A stretch of DNA of 64,000 nucleotides, from contig JACQBA010000013.1 of NCBI GenBank assembly GCA_016194745.1, forward strand, positions 256,822 through 320,821. The letters are read 5' to 3'. The position numbers and the translations under genes are program-made. Below the pieces are notes generated by a model, which worked only from the letters and a program-made list of their open reading frames with translations, had not been told where the DNA came from and searched no databases. Source of the stretch: Elusimicrobiota bacterium (GTDB taxonomy: Bacteria > Elusimicrobiota > Elusimicrobia > UBA1565 > JACRDR01). Below, piece after piece: positions 34,720 to 43,701 of the stretch. The first letter of the stretch is position 1. Every line of letters begins with the position of its first letter.

Positions 34720-35697
34720 ATGACATCTTGTGGCAGATCGTGGGCATTGGCCGCCGTACTATCCTGGGCGTCGGCTACGGCTATCGCGCAGGTGAAAGCC
34801 GCTCCCAAACCGACGAACGCGCCGACCGATCTTGTCATCATCTTCGACACGAGCGGGAGCATGGGCGACCGGCTTCCCGCCGGACGCAAACTCGACATCG
34901 CCAAGGCCGCGATGTGGAAGTTCGTCGACGCCTTGCCCAAGAGCGTCAACGTCGGCCTGGTGCGCTACAGCGACTACAACGACTGCGGCGCGAAAGTCGT
35001 ATCGCCCATCATGAAATCTTCGCCCGAAAACCGCGCCCAGTTGAGGTCCGCCATCGCCTCTCTGCGCGCCTACGGCAACACGCCAATCGGCGCCTCCCTG
35101 CGGCGCGCGACCGAGCTCCTCGAATCCTCGAAGGGCAAGAAGCGGATCGTCGTCATGACCGACGGCGAGGACACCTGCAACGAGGCGGAAGTGGGGCGCG
35201 CCTCGGACGAGGCGTGGAAAAAAGGGATCAAGGTCTACGCGATCGGCTTCGCCTTCGGCGCGCTTCCCAGCAAGACGCTGCGCCGCATCGGCATATACAA
35301 GGACGCCAACGACGACGCGCAGCTCGCTTCCGTCTTCGCGGACATCAAGAAATCCCTCGAGCGGGAACCGGGCAAGTTCGACGAGGGCAGGCGCGACCCG
35401 GCTCTCGCCGAAACCCCGCCGGTATCGCTCAAGGGCAAGAGCGGCGCCTTCAGATCGTCGGGGCCTCACGCGGGCAAGCTGTTCAAGACGCTGCAGCTCA
35501 ATTCGTCATACGAGCACCGGTTCGACGAGAACGACCGGTTCACGGTGCTCGAGCACGGCTACCACGTGCTGTTCAACGAGCAGGAGTACATGGTGGACAA
35601 GGTCGAGGTGATGCGCGTACGGCTGGAGGAAAAGTTCAGCTTCATCTACGGCGGCGTCGAGGGATTCGTTTTCGCGCAGGACGTGACGGTACGATAG
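34720..35697 (+). CDS. Secreted von Willebrand factor type A (VWA) domain protein
   Basis: Signal peptide. MIDAS residues DTSGSM ... T ... MTDGEDT. Confidence 0.8.
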   Translation: MTSCGRSWALAAVLSWASATAIAQVKAAPKPTNAPTDLVIIFDTSGSMGDRLPAGRKLDIAKAAMWKFVDALPKSVNVGLVRYSDYNDCGAKVVSPIMKSSPENRAQLRSAIASLRAYGNTPIGASLRRATELLESSKGKKRIVVMTDGEDTCNEAEVGRASDEAWKKGIKVYAIGFAFGALPSKTLRRIGIYKDANDDAQLASVFADIKKSLEREPGKFDEGRRDPALAETPPVSLKGKSGAFRSSGPHAGKLFKTLQLNSSYEHRFDENDRFTVLEHGYHVLFNEQEYMVDKVEVMRVRLEEKFSFIYGGVEGFVFAQDVTVR

Positions 35698-35722
35698 CGA
35701 GGGACTAGGGAGGCATTCAACC

Positions 35723-36448
35723 ATGTGGGCAAGGTTCACCAGGCTAATACGAGCGTTCGCCGGCTTCTTCATCAGCACGATGGAGGACCCGAAGATGATC
35801 CTCGAGCAGACGATGCGAGACATGCAGGACAAGATCCCCGTCATGAACCAGGGCTTGGCCAAGGCGCGCGGCGGGATCATCATGCTCGAGAACGAGGCGA
35901 AGCAGTATGAGCGCGAGGTCGCCCTCCTGACGGCCAAGATCAAGGCCTGCGTCCAGAACAAGGAAGAGAGCCTCGGCGCCCAATACGCGATCCGCCTCAA
36001 GAAGACGCAGGAAGCGCTCGCCCGCAACCGCGAGCAAAGCGCCGCGGCCAAAGCCGGCTACGAGTCCCTCTTGAAGATGAAGGAGAAGTTCATGCGCGAG
36101 ATGAAGGCCAAGACCGAGGAGGCGATGGCCGCCATCCGCGACGCCGAGGCCTCGAAATGGAAGGGCGAGCTCGCCGACGTCTTCGAGCAGTTCGAGGTCG
36201 CCGGTGTCGACGCCACCTACGACGAGATGCTCGGCAAGCTCCGCCAGAAGAACGTGGAGGCCGAGGGGCGTCTCGCCATGGCCGCCGACAGCATCGACTC
36301 CAAGGCCATCGAGATCGACGAGAAGGCCGAGACGCTGGAAGGCAAGGAACTCTTCAAGCAGTTCCAAATGGAGATGGGCGTCGCCGACTCCGGCGACGGC
36401 AAGAAGGAAGAAGGCAAGAAAACGATCGGCATGAAGGAGAAAGAGTAA
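35723..36448 (+). CDS. PspA/IM30 (Vipp1) family protein, ESCRT-III-like
   Basis: N-terminus MWARFTRLIRAFAGFFISTMEDPKMILEQTMRDMQ matches the PspA/IM30 start (amphipathic helix plus EDPEKMLEQ...RDM). Long coiled-coil remainder. 241 aa. Confidence 0.8.
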   Translation: MWARFTRLIRAFAGFFISTMEDPKMILEQTMRDMQDKIPVMNQGLAKARGGIIMLENEAKQYEREVALLTAKIKACVQNKEESLGAQYAIRLKKTQEALARNREQSAAAKAGYESLLKMKEKFMREMKAKTEEAMAAIRDAEASKWKGELADVFEQFEVAGVDATYDEMLGKLRQKNVEAEGRLAMAADSIDSKAIEIDEKAETLEGKELFKQFQMEMGVADSGDGKKEEGKKTIGMKEKE

Positions 36449-38158
36449 ATGGAACTCAAGCTCGGCGGCAAGATCGCGCTGCTTCTCGTCATCCTGGGCC
36501 TCGGCCTCGGAGCCCTGTACAAATTCGGCCTGATCTCGGGCACCGGATTGCCCGGGAGCGGAGGCGCCGGAGCGGCCTCCCCCATCAAGAAGGAGACCCT
36601 CGACAAGATCCGCAAGGGCGAGGAGACGCCCACCACGGCGAAGAACTACAACTTCGTCGCCAAGCAGTCGATCACCGAGGTTAAAGGCACGAGCAACTAC
36701 CAATTCAAGGACAAGACGGTCGTCTTCCCGATCAACATCTGGGGCGGCTGGGCTCCCATCATCGCGGCCAACAACGGCTTCGGCCCGAACAAGGACTCGC
36801 TGTTCTTCAAGAACTACGGATTCCTGGTGGACTTGAAGCTCATCGACGACCCGGTCGCGGCGCGCGACGCCTTCGCCTCCGGACAGTCCCACGTCCTATG
36901 GGGTACGCTCGACATGATCGCGCTCTTCGCGCCGGGCCTGTCGCGGGACTCGCGTACCACGCCGATCGTCTTCCAGCAGATCGACTGGTCGAACGGCGGC
37001 GACGGCATCGTCGTCCGGGCGCACATCAACGAGGCGAAGGACCTGCGGGGCAAGACGATCGTGCTCGCGCAGAACTCGCCCTCGCACTACTACATCCTGA
37101 GCGTGCTGACGGACGCGGGCATCTCGCCGTCGGAGGTGAACTTCAAATTCACGGCGACCGCCTTCGAGGCCGCCAAGGCCTTCGTCGACAACGCCGGGAT
37201 CGACGCCTGCGTATCCTGGGCGCCGGACATCTACAACATCGTCGACGAGAAGTACGGCGGCAAGAAGGGCGGCGTCCAAGGGGCGCGCCTGCTGACGACG
37301 ACGCGCGACGCCTCCCAGCTCATCGCCGACGTGTGGGCGGTGCGGGCCGACTTCGCGCGGGACCACAAGGACATCGTCAAGGGACTCGCGGCCGGGATCT
37401 TCAAGGGCTACGACCTGGTCAAGCAGGACGGGCCCAAGATCGCGGCGCTGATGGCGAAAGGCTTCGGCGTGTCGGTGGACGAGGCGAAGTCCATGATGAT
37501 GGACGCCCACCTGACCAATTACCTGGAGAACAAGAAGTTCTTCCTCGACAAGGACAACCCGGCGAACTTCGCGCGCACGTGGGCGGCCGCGAGCTACGTC
37601 TACAAGGCGTACGGCGCCATCGGCACGCCCACGCGGGCCGAGGAGATCGCCGACACGACGGTCCTCGGCGAGCTCGACGGGCAGTTCCCGCACCACAAGG
37701 ACGAGTACATCCCGGCCTTCAACAAGGTGAACATCTCGCGCATGAAGCTCGAGAGCCAGCCTATTCTGACGAAGTCCGTCATGATCTCGTTCCCGCCCAA
37801 CCAGTGGGCGCTCGACCGCAAGTACGACCAGAACATCGACAACGTGCTCGAGGAGTCCGCGAAGCTCTCGGGCAAGTTCGCCGCCGCGCGCATCGTGATC
37901 GAGGGCAACGTGGACACGAGCCGCAAGATCGAGTTCCAGCGCGAGGGGCCGCGCGTGTTCAAGGAGATGTCCTTGGCCGTGCAGGAGCTCAGCGAGAAGC
38001 GCGCGGAGTCGGTCAAGCAGGCGATCGTGAACAAGTTCAAGTTCAACCCGAACAAGCTCGCCGTGATCGGCAACGGCTGGGACAACCCGGCGTCGCTGAC
38101 CGACCACACGAAGAACCGCCGCGTCGAAATCAAGGTCTATCCGCCCGAGGCCGAGTAG
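36449..38158 (+). CDS. Membrane-anchored ABC substrate-binding protein (NMT1/NitT-TauT type) fused to a C-terminal OmpA-like domain
   Basis: N-terminal TM KIALLLVILGLGLGALY. NMT1/SsuA-like binding fold. C-terminal ~110 aa with OmpA-C-like blocks (LSEKRAESVKQAIV ... NRRVEIKV). ATG immediately follows the PspA TAA. Confidence 0.7.
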   Translation: MELKLGGKIALLLVILGLGLGALYKFGLISGTGLPGSGGAGAASPIKKETLDKIRKGEETPTTAKNYNFVAKQSITEVKGTSNYQFKDKTVVFPINIWGGWAPIIAANNGFGPNKDSLFFKNYGFLVDLKLIDDPVAARDAFASGQSHVLWGTLDMIALFAPGLSRDSRTTPIVFQQIDWSNGGDGIVVRAHINEAKDLRGKTIVLAQNSPSHYYILSVLTDAGISPSEVNFKFTATAFEAAKAFVDNAGIDACVSWAPDIYNIVDEKYGGKKGGVQGARLLTTTRDASQLIADVWAVRADFARDHKDIVKGLAAGIFKGYDLVKQDGPKIAALMAKGFGVSVDEAKSMMMDAHLTNYLENKKFFLDKDNPANFARTWAAASYVYKAYGAIGTPTRAEEIADTTVLGELDGQFPHHKDEYIPAFNKVNISRMKLESQPILTKSVMISFPPNQWALDRKYDQNIDNVLEESAKLSGKFAAARIVIEGNVDTSRKIEFQREGPRVFKEMSLAVQELSEKRAESVKQAIVNKFKFNPNKLAVIGNGWDNPASLTDHTKNRRVEIKVYPPEAE

Positions 38159-38167
38159 GCGGCGCTC

Positions 38168-38974
38168 ATGATGCTGGCCCCCGTGCAGTTCAAGATTCGG
38201 GGCGACTCCGCCCCGAGGAGCCGTTTCCTCCTCGGGGCGGCGAGCGTCACGATCGTCCTGCTGCTCTGGTGGCTGCTGACGGCGGGCGAAAGCGTGGAGA
38301 CGCGCTACCTCAGCCCGCAGATTCTTCCTAACCCGGTGGAAGTGCTGCAGTCGTCGGGCTCCCTGTACACGGAGCGCAACCTGACGACCAGCATCGCCTA
38401 CAGTTTCTTCCGGACCACGGTCGGCTTCCTCATCGCGGCGCTCATCGCGGTGCCGCTCGGGATCCTCATGGCGTCGTTCACGTCCGTGCGGGACTTTTTC
38501 CGCCCGCTCAGCACGATCGGCGGCTACATCCCGATCGCAGTGCTCGTCCCGCTGACGCTGTCGTGGTTCGGGCTCGGGGAGAAGCAAAAGATATTATTTC
38601 TCGCCATCGCGACGTTCGTGATGCTCCTGCCGCTGATTGTCAACGCCATCGACCAGGTGGACGACGTCTACCTGCAGACGGCCTACACGCTCGGCGCCAC
38701 CCCGTGGCAGACCGTCTTTTACGTGCTTGTCCCGGTGGCGCTCGTGGGGATATACGACTATCTCTGCTTGACCTACGGCATCGGCTGGGGATACATCATC
38801 CTCGCCGAGGTCATCGACGCGCGCTTCGGCCTTGGGAGCCTCATCATCACGTCCCAGCGTCGGGGCCCGTACGAGCACGTCTACGCGGTCTTGATCGTGA
38901 TCATACTCATCAGCATCTTGATCAACAACGCGCTCGCGTACGTCGGCAAATGGCTGTTCCCCTATCGAGAGTGA
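38168..38974 (+). CDS. ABC transporter permease (NitT/TauT family, BPD_transp_1)
   Basis: Six TM segments with the EAA-like loop, 268 aa. Confidence 0.85.
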   Translation: MMLAPVQFKIRGDSAPRSRFLLGAASVTIVLLLWWLLTAGESVETRYLSPQILPNPVEVLQSSGSLYTERNLTTSIAYSFFRTTVGFLIAALIAVPLGILMASFTSVRDFFRPLSTIGGYIPIAVLVPLTLSWFGLGEKQKILFLAIATFVMLLPLIVNAIDQVDDVYLQTAYTLGATPWQTVFYVLVPVALVGIYDYLCLTYGIGWGYIILAEVIDARFGLGSLIITSQRRGPYEHVYAVLIVIILISILINNALAYVGKWLFPYRE

Positions 38975-38976
38975 CC

Positions 38977-39876
38977 ATGGACCTTCGCGGAAAGATCGGC
39001 GGCGCCGTCTCGAGGATCCGCGGGCTGTTCGCCCGGCCGGAAGCGCCCGCGCAGGACCCGGCGCGGTTCGCCGCCTACTCGGACACGTCGATCCCGGTGA
39101 TCGAGTGCAAGAACGTCACCAAGATCTTCAAGGATCGCCGCACCGGCAAGGAATCGATCGCGCTCGAGAACGTGTCGTTCACGATCGAAGATCTTCCCAA
39201 TATGGGCGAGTTCATCACGATCCTCGGCCCCTCGGGCTGCGGGAAGAGCACGCTGCTGAACATCATCTCCGGCCTGGAGCCGCACTACCCGCAGACCAAG
39301 GGCGAGGTGAAGGTCAAGGGCGCCCCGGTGGCGGGCCCGGGCTCCGACCGCGGCATGGTTTTCCAGAGCTACTCCTCGTTCCCGTGCTACACCGTGCTCG
39401 AGAACGTCGCGTTCGGGCTCATGCTCAAGGGCGCGCCGGAGAAGGAGCGCGAGGACATCGCGGCGGATTGGATCAAGAAGGTTAAGCTCGCCGGATTCGA
39501 GCGGAAATACCCCAAAGAGCTCAGCGGCGGCATGCGCCAGCGTGTCGCGCTCGCCCGGACGCTCGCGGTCAATCCGAGGATCGTTCTCATGGACGAACCC
39601 TTCGGCGCGCTCGACCGCATCACCCGCTGGGAGATGCAGGACCTCCTCATCGAACTATGGGAGAAGGTCCAGGCGACCGTGTTCCTCGTGACGCACGACA
39701 TCCCCGAAGCGGTGTATCTGGGCGACCGGCTGTTCTTGATGACGCCGCGGCCCGGCCGCCTGACCGAGATCGTGAAGCTCCCCCGGCCCACGGAGAAGGC
39801 CGCCGAGATGCAGCGCACCTCCCGCTTCGCGGAGACCGTCAACGAGATCAGCCGCAAGGTGGAGTCGATCCACTAG
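38977..39876 (+). CDS. ABC transporter ATP-binding protein (NitT/TauT family)
   Basis: Walker A GPSGCGKST, signature LSGGMRQRVALAR, Walker B IVLMDEPFGALD, H-loop VTHD. MVFQ...FPCYTVLENVAFGL is typical of SsuB/TauB-like ATPases. The track ORF start at 38563 is a frame run-on through the permease, so the real start is ATG 38977. Confidence 0.9.
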   Translation: MDLRGKIGGAVSRIRGLFARPEAPAQDPARFAAYSDTSIPVIECKNVTKIFKDRRTGKESIALENVSFTIEDLPNMGEFITILGPSGCGKSTLLNIISGLEPHYPQTKGEVKVKGAPVAGPGSDRGMVFQSYSSFPCYTVLENVAFGLMLKGAPEKEREDIAADWIKKVKLAGFERKYPKELSGGMRQRVALARTLAVNPRIVLMDEPFGALDRITRWEMQDLLIELWEKVQATVFLVTHDIPEAVYLGDRLFLMTPRPGRLTEIVKLPRPTEKAAEMQRTSRFAETVNEISRKVESIH

Positions 39877-39879
39877 CCC

Positions 39880-40704
39880 ATGGCCGACAAGATCAACTAC
39901 GTCAAGGAGGCGTTCAAGCGCCAGGAGAACCTGATCACCCTGGCCGGACTGGGCGTCGCCGGCGTGGCGTTCAATGCGGGATTCCTCCTCTTGGGCGGCG
40001 CCCTCGAGCTGGCCTATCTCTGGCTCATCTCGTCGAATCCGCGGTTCCAGCGCGTCGTGAATTCCGAGAAGAGCCAAGCCCGCCTGCGCTTCGACCAGTC
40101 CGAGAAGGACAAGCTCGCCGCCGCCCTGCCGATGAACGAGCATCGCCGCTTCCAGGAGCTCCAAGGCGTGCGCCAGCGCGTCTACGAGGCCTGGCAGGCC
40201 CGGGACGCGGTCACACAGTCGCTCCTGCAGCCGAGCGTCGACAAGCTGGACTACCTTTTGGATACTTTCCTGCGCGCCCAAGTGACCCTGCACCACATGC
40301 GGTCCCACCTGGCGTCCAGCGACCGGGCGTTCCTTCAGAAGCAGGCGCAGATGATCGAGGCGGAGATCGCGCGGGGGCTCACGGACAAGGTCCGCGAGGT
40401 GAAGGAGCGCAACTTGGACATTCTCAAGCAGCGCCTGGCGAAGCTCCAGAAGCTGCAGGAGGACCAGGAAATCGTCAAGACGCAGCTCGATACCCTCGAG
40501 AACGCGATCAAGTTCGTGAGCGACCAGTCCGTATCGCTCACGGATCCTCAGCAGATCACGGGCCAGATCGACCGGGCGGTCTCCGAGGTAGGCGACACGG
40601 AGCGCTCTCTGCAAGAAGTCGAATCGTTTCTCGGCATGCAGGAAGGCGTCGACAAGAAACAGGAGGGCGCGGCGCGGCAGCAGGCGCAGCAGAAACAAGA
40701 ATGA
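39880..40704 (+). CDS. Membrane-anchored coiled-coil protein, unknown function
   Basis: One N-terminal TM/hairpin (LITLAGLGVAGVAFNAGFLLLGGALELAYLWLI), then ~200 aa of predicted coiled coil and a Gln-rich tail. Confidence 0.55.
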   Translation: MADKINYVKEAFKRQENLITLAGLGVAGVAFNAGFLLLGGALELAYLWLISSNPRFQRVVNSEKSQARLRFDQSEKDKLAAALPMNEHRRFQELQGVRQRVYEAWQARDAVTQSLLQPSVDKLDYLLDTFLRAQVTLHHMRSHLASSDRAFLQKQAQMIEAEIARGLTDKVREVKERNLDILKQRLAKLQKLQEDQEIVKTQLDTLENAIKFVSDQSVSLTDPQQITGQIDRAVSEVGDTERSLQEVESFLGMQEGVDKKQEGAARQQAQQKQE

Positions 40705-42407
40705 GCCTCGAAGGATATCCCGGCTGGGCGAAGGACCTGGCGGACCGCTACATGAGCGGAGCGTCGTCGCTGTTCTTGATCTACGGGAACGTCAACGACT
40801 GGGTGCCCCTGCGCGAGGGCGGCAAGGTGCGCTTCGTGTCCCTGCCCGAGTTCCTCAAGACCGCGGTCTTCGGCAAGCGGGAGATGGTCCTCCAGTACGA
40901 CCAAGGCAGCGGCATCACCATGAGCCGCGACATGGTCACCGATTTCTACAAGGTCGTCGAGGCGATGGACGCCGCCGCCGGCACCGGCTACGCCAAGCGC
41001 CTGCCGAAGGCTCCCGCCGAGGCCCTCGCGGTGATCGACCGCTACCTGCGCACCCGCGCCTCGGCCAAGGGCGGCACCGCGGCCATCATCGACTACGCCC
41101 ACATGGTGGCGCCGCGTAGCGACGTCCAGTTCATGAGCCAGGAGGATTTCCGGACGATCATCCTTCTGCAGAAGTGGGCGAACGATCCGGAGCTCTCCCG
41201 CTCCGACGTGACGATCGCGCTGGTGACCGCGAACCTCCAGGACTTGAACGAGGCGATCATCAACAATCCGTTCACCTCGAAGGTCGAGATTCCGCTCCCC
41301 GACGAAGCCGAACGGCTCGAGTACATCCAATCCACCGCCCTTCAGGTCAAGTACGAAGGCCTGACGCCGGAGACCTTCGCCCGGCAGACGAACGCGCTGT
41401 CGCGGGTCGACATCGAAGTCATCCTGCGCGAGGCGCAGCGGGTGGGCAAGCTCGACCTGGGCTTCGTCGCCAAGAAGAAGAAGGAACTCATCGAGAAGTC
41501 CTGCTTCGGTCTGCTCGAGTTCCTGGAGCCGCGGGCGACCCTCGATGCGGTCCAGGGACAGGGCGCCGCCAAGCAGCGCTTGCGCGAGGACATCGAGCTC
41601 ATCAAGAAGGGGCAATGGGACGCGCTGCCCATGGGATACCTGTTCTGCGGCCCGGTCGGCACGGGCAAGACATATCTCGCGACCTGCGCAATCGGCGAAC
41701 TCGGCGTGCCCTGCGTCCAGCTCCTTAATTTCCGCTCCAAATGGGTCGGAGCGACGGAAGGCAACCTCGAGAAGATCCTGCTCACGCTGCGCGCCCTCGG
41801 CCCGGTCGGGGTCATCATCGACGAGGCCGACGCCTTCATGGGCAGCCGCTCGCAGGACGGCGACAGCGGCACGTCCAACCGCATCTTCGCCCAGTTCGCG
41901 AGCCAGATGGGAGACACCAAGTACCGCGGCAAAATCCTATGGTTCCTCCTGACCTGCAGACCCGACCTGCTTCCCGTGGACATCAAGCGGCAAGGACGCG
42001 TCGAGATCCACATCCCCCTCTTTTATCCGCAGACCGACGCCGAGAAGGGAGAACTCTTCGTGGCCATGTCGAAGAAGCAGAAATGGCCGATCGACGCCAA
42101 GGACGTCGACCCCTCGAGCTTCAATGGCAAGAAATTGTCGGGAGCCGACATCGAGGCCATCCTCGTCAGCGCCAAGCGCAAGAGCCTCCTCGACGGCGAC
42201 GCCAAGGAGAAGAAGCACTACCTGAAGCTCGCGGCCACGGACTTCATCCCCGCGACGAGCTCTTCCGAGGTCCAATACCAGGAGCTCGCCGCGGTCGTGG
42301 AATGCACGGACCGAGGCTTCCTCCCGGAGATCTACCGGAAGGCCGACCGCCTCGAGCTGCTCAAGGAGTTCAACCGCCTCAAGCTCGTCCTCGGAGAGGC
42401 CGCATGA
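40701..42407 (+). CDS. AAA-family ATPase (classical clade) with a degenerate N-terminal AAA-like domain
   Basis: C-terminal domain has Walker A GPVGTGKT, Walker B VGVIIDEADAF and second region of homology TCRPDLLPVDIKRQGRVEIHIPLFYP. The N-terminal ~270 aa lack a P-loop but keep an AAA-like segment (TIALVTANLQDL...FTSKVEIPLPDEAERLEYI). ATGA overlaps on both sides. Confidence 0.8.
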   Translation: MSLEGYPGWAKDLADRYMSGASSLFLIYGNVNDWVPLREGGKVRFVSLPEFLKTAVFGKREMVLQYDQGSGITMSRDMVTDFYKVVEAMDAAAGTGYAKRLPKAPAEALAVIDRYLRTRASAKGGTAAIIDYAHMVAPRSDVQFMSQEDFRTIILLQKWANDPELSRSDVTIALVTANLQDLNEAIINNPFTSKVEIPLPDEAERLEYIQSTALQVKYEGLTPETFARQTNALSRVDIEVILREAQRVGKLDLGFVAKKKKELIEKSCFGLLEFLEPRATLDAVQGQGAAKQRLREDIELIKKGQWDALPMGYLFCGPVGTGKTYLATCAIGELGVPCVQLLNFRSKWVGATEGNLEKILLTLRALGPVGVIIDEADAFMGSRSQDGDSGTSNRIFAQFASQMGDTKYRGKILWFLLTCRPDLLPVDIKRQGRVEIHIPLFYPQTDAEKGELFVAMSKKQKWPIDAKDVDPSSFNGKKLSGADIEAILVSAKRKSLLDGDAKEKKHYLKLAATDFIPATSSSEVQYQELAAVVECTDRGFLPEIYRKADRLELLKEFNRLKLVLGEAA

Positions 42408-43105
42408 GCCTCGGCGACTGGCTCGACAAGTACGTCATCAGCATCGGGCCGCGCAAGGACGCGCCGCCCTCGGGCGAGGTGGACCTTTCCGAGATCGGCC
42501 TCAAGGCGGACGGCAAGATGGATGCGATCGCGGCTCAGGTGGACGAGTCCAAGCTGCGCGCGGTCCCCGGCTTGGACACCCCGTTCCAGAAAATTTACGA
42601 CGCCGCCCGCATCGCCGTGCCCGAGCACAAGTTCACGGTGGAAAAGATCGGCGAGATGCTCGCCCATCCTAAGCTCGCCTCCCTCGCCCGCGAGGCCAAG
42701 GCCGCGGCCGTCCTCGTCGCCCTCGACGCGCAAGGCGTCTCCATCAACAGCGTCCTCGAGGACGCCGTCAAAAAGGACCGCGCGCTCGACATCTTCGAGA
42801 AGGTCCAGCGCGACCACCTGAAGCAGTCGGTGCAGGCCAAGGAGGAGGAAAACCGGCGCCTCGTCGAGGAGATCGAGAAGGTCACGCGGGAGAAGCAGAA
42901 GCTCATCGAGGACAACAAAAAGGCCATCGTCGACATTCAGGCGAAGGCGGCAGACTGGCTGGAGCGGAAGCGAGCCATGGAAAACAACCTCCACGAGATC
43001 GTCCAGCATTTCACGACGGACAATCCGATCACGATCGAGGCGATCGAACTGCCCGCGGCCACGGTAAAGATCACGGACCTCACCCAGCCGAAGAAGGGCT
43101 CATGA
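42404..43105 (+). CDS. Hypothetical protein (C-terminal coiled coil)
   Basis: 233 aa. Translationally coupled to the AAA ATPase gene. No recognisable domain. Confidence 0.55.
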   Translation: MSLGDWLDKYVISIGPRKDAPPSGEVDLSEIGLKADGKMDAIAAQVDESKLRAVPGLDTPFQKIYDAARIAVPEHKFTVEKIGEMLAHPKLASLAREAKAAAVLVALDAQGVSINSVLEDAVKKDRALDIFEKVQRDHLKQSVQAKEEENRRLVEEIEKVTREKQKLIEDNKKAIVDIQAKAADWLERKRAMENNLHEIVQHFTTDNPITIEAIELPAATVKITDLTQPKKGS

Positions 43106-43701
43106 GCGAACAGGCGTCCCCGGTCTTCCCCTCGAAAGGGCACTACCTCGTCGGTTCCCGCCGCGCGGCGCGCGTGGGCGAGACGCCTCTCGACGATCTC
43201 GTGGAAATCTGGCAGCGCGTGACGTCCAGAGTCGTCAAGTACGGCTTCAAGATCGCCTACGAGGACCTCGAGCCGCCCAGGACGGGCATCTTCGACGGAC
43301 ACCGCATCGTCATGGACCCGGACGTCGGGTTCGAGATGCAGTGCTTCGTCCTCCTCCATCTCTTCGGGCATTCCGTTCAGTGGGTCGCCCCCTCCTTGGA
43401 GGCGAAGCTCGCGGCGATCACCGACACCAAGGACAAGGGACGATTCATGGAGGCGCTCAAGGCCTACGAGTTCGAGGCGGCGCGCTTCGGCCTCCAACTT
43501 CTGCGCGAGGCGGACGTCGATGGCATAGACCAGTGGTACAGCGACTTCGTCCATACAGACTGGCGCTACGTCGAGCGCTATTACGAGACCGGCTCGATCC
43601 CCCCGTGGACGTCGTGCGTCGTGACCGGCGCCGCGCCGATCAAGCCCCTCGCGATCCCGCCCCTCAAGCACCGAGCCGTCGAAGTGCGCTTCGCTTTCTG
43701 A
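43102..43701 (+). CDS. Hypothetical protein
   Basis: 199 aa. ATGA overlap upstream and TGATG overlap downstream. No recognisable domain. Confidence 0.55.
   Translation: MSEQASPVFPSKGHYLVGSRRAARVGETPLDDLVEIWQRVTSRVVKYGFKIAYEDLEPPRTGIFDGHRIVMDPDVGFEMQCFVLLHLFGHSVQWVAPSLEAKLAAITDTKDKGRFMEALKAYEFEAARFGLQLLREADVDGIDQWYSDFVHTDWRYVERYYETGSIPPWTSCVVTGAAPIKPLAIPPLKHRAVEVRFAF

Noticed and set aside
35744-38587. Two long minus-strand ORFs (35744-36892 and 36896-38587)
   Set aside because: They lie antisense to the PspA, SBP-OmpA and permease genes, whose motifs are clear on the + strand.
38563-38976. Extended N-terminus of the ABC ATPase ORF
   Set aside because: It is a run-on through the permease gene in another frame. 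ATG 38977, 2 nt after the permease stop, gives a canonical ABC ATPase N-terminus.
39657-40700. N-terminal part of the 916-aa track ORF preceding the AAA ATPase
   Set aside because: It is a frame run-on through the coiled-coil gene and the ABC ATPase 3' end. The real start is ATG 40701 (ATGA overlap).
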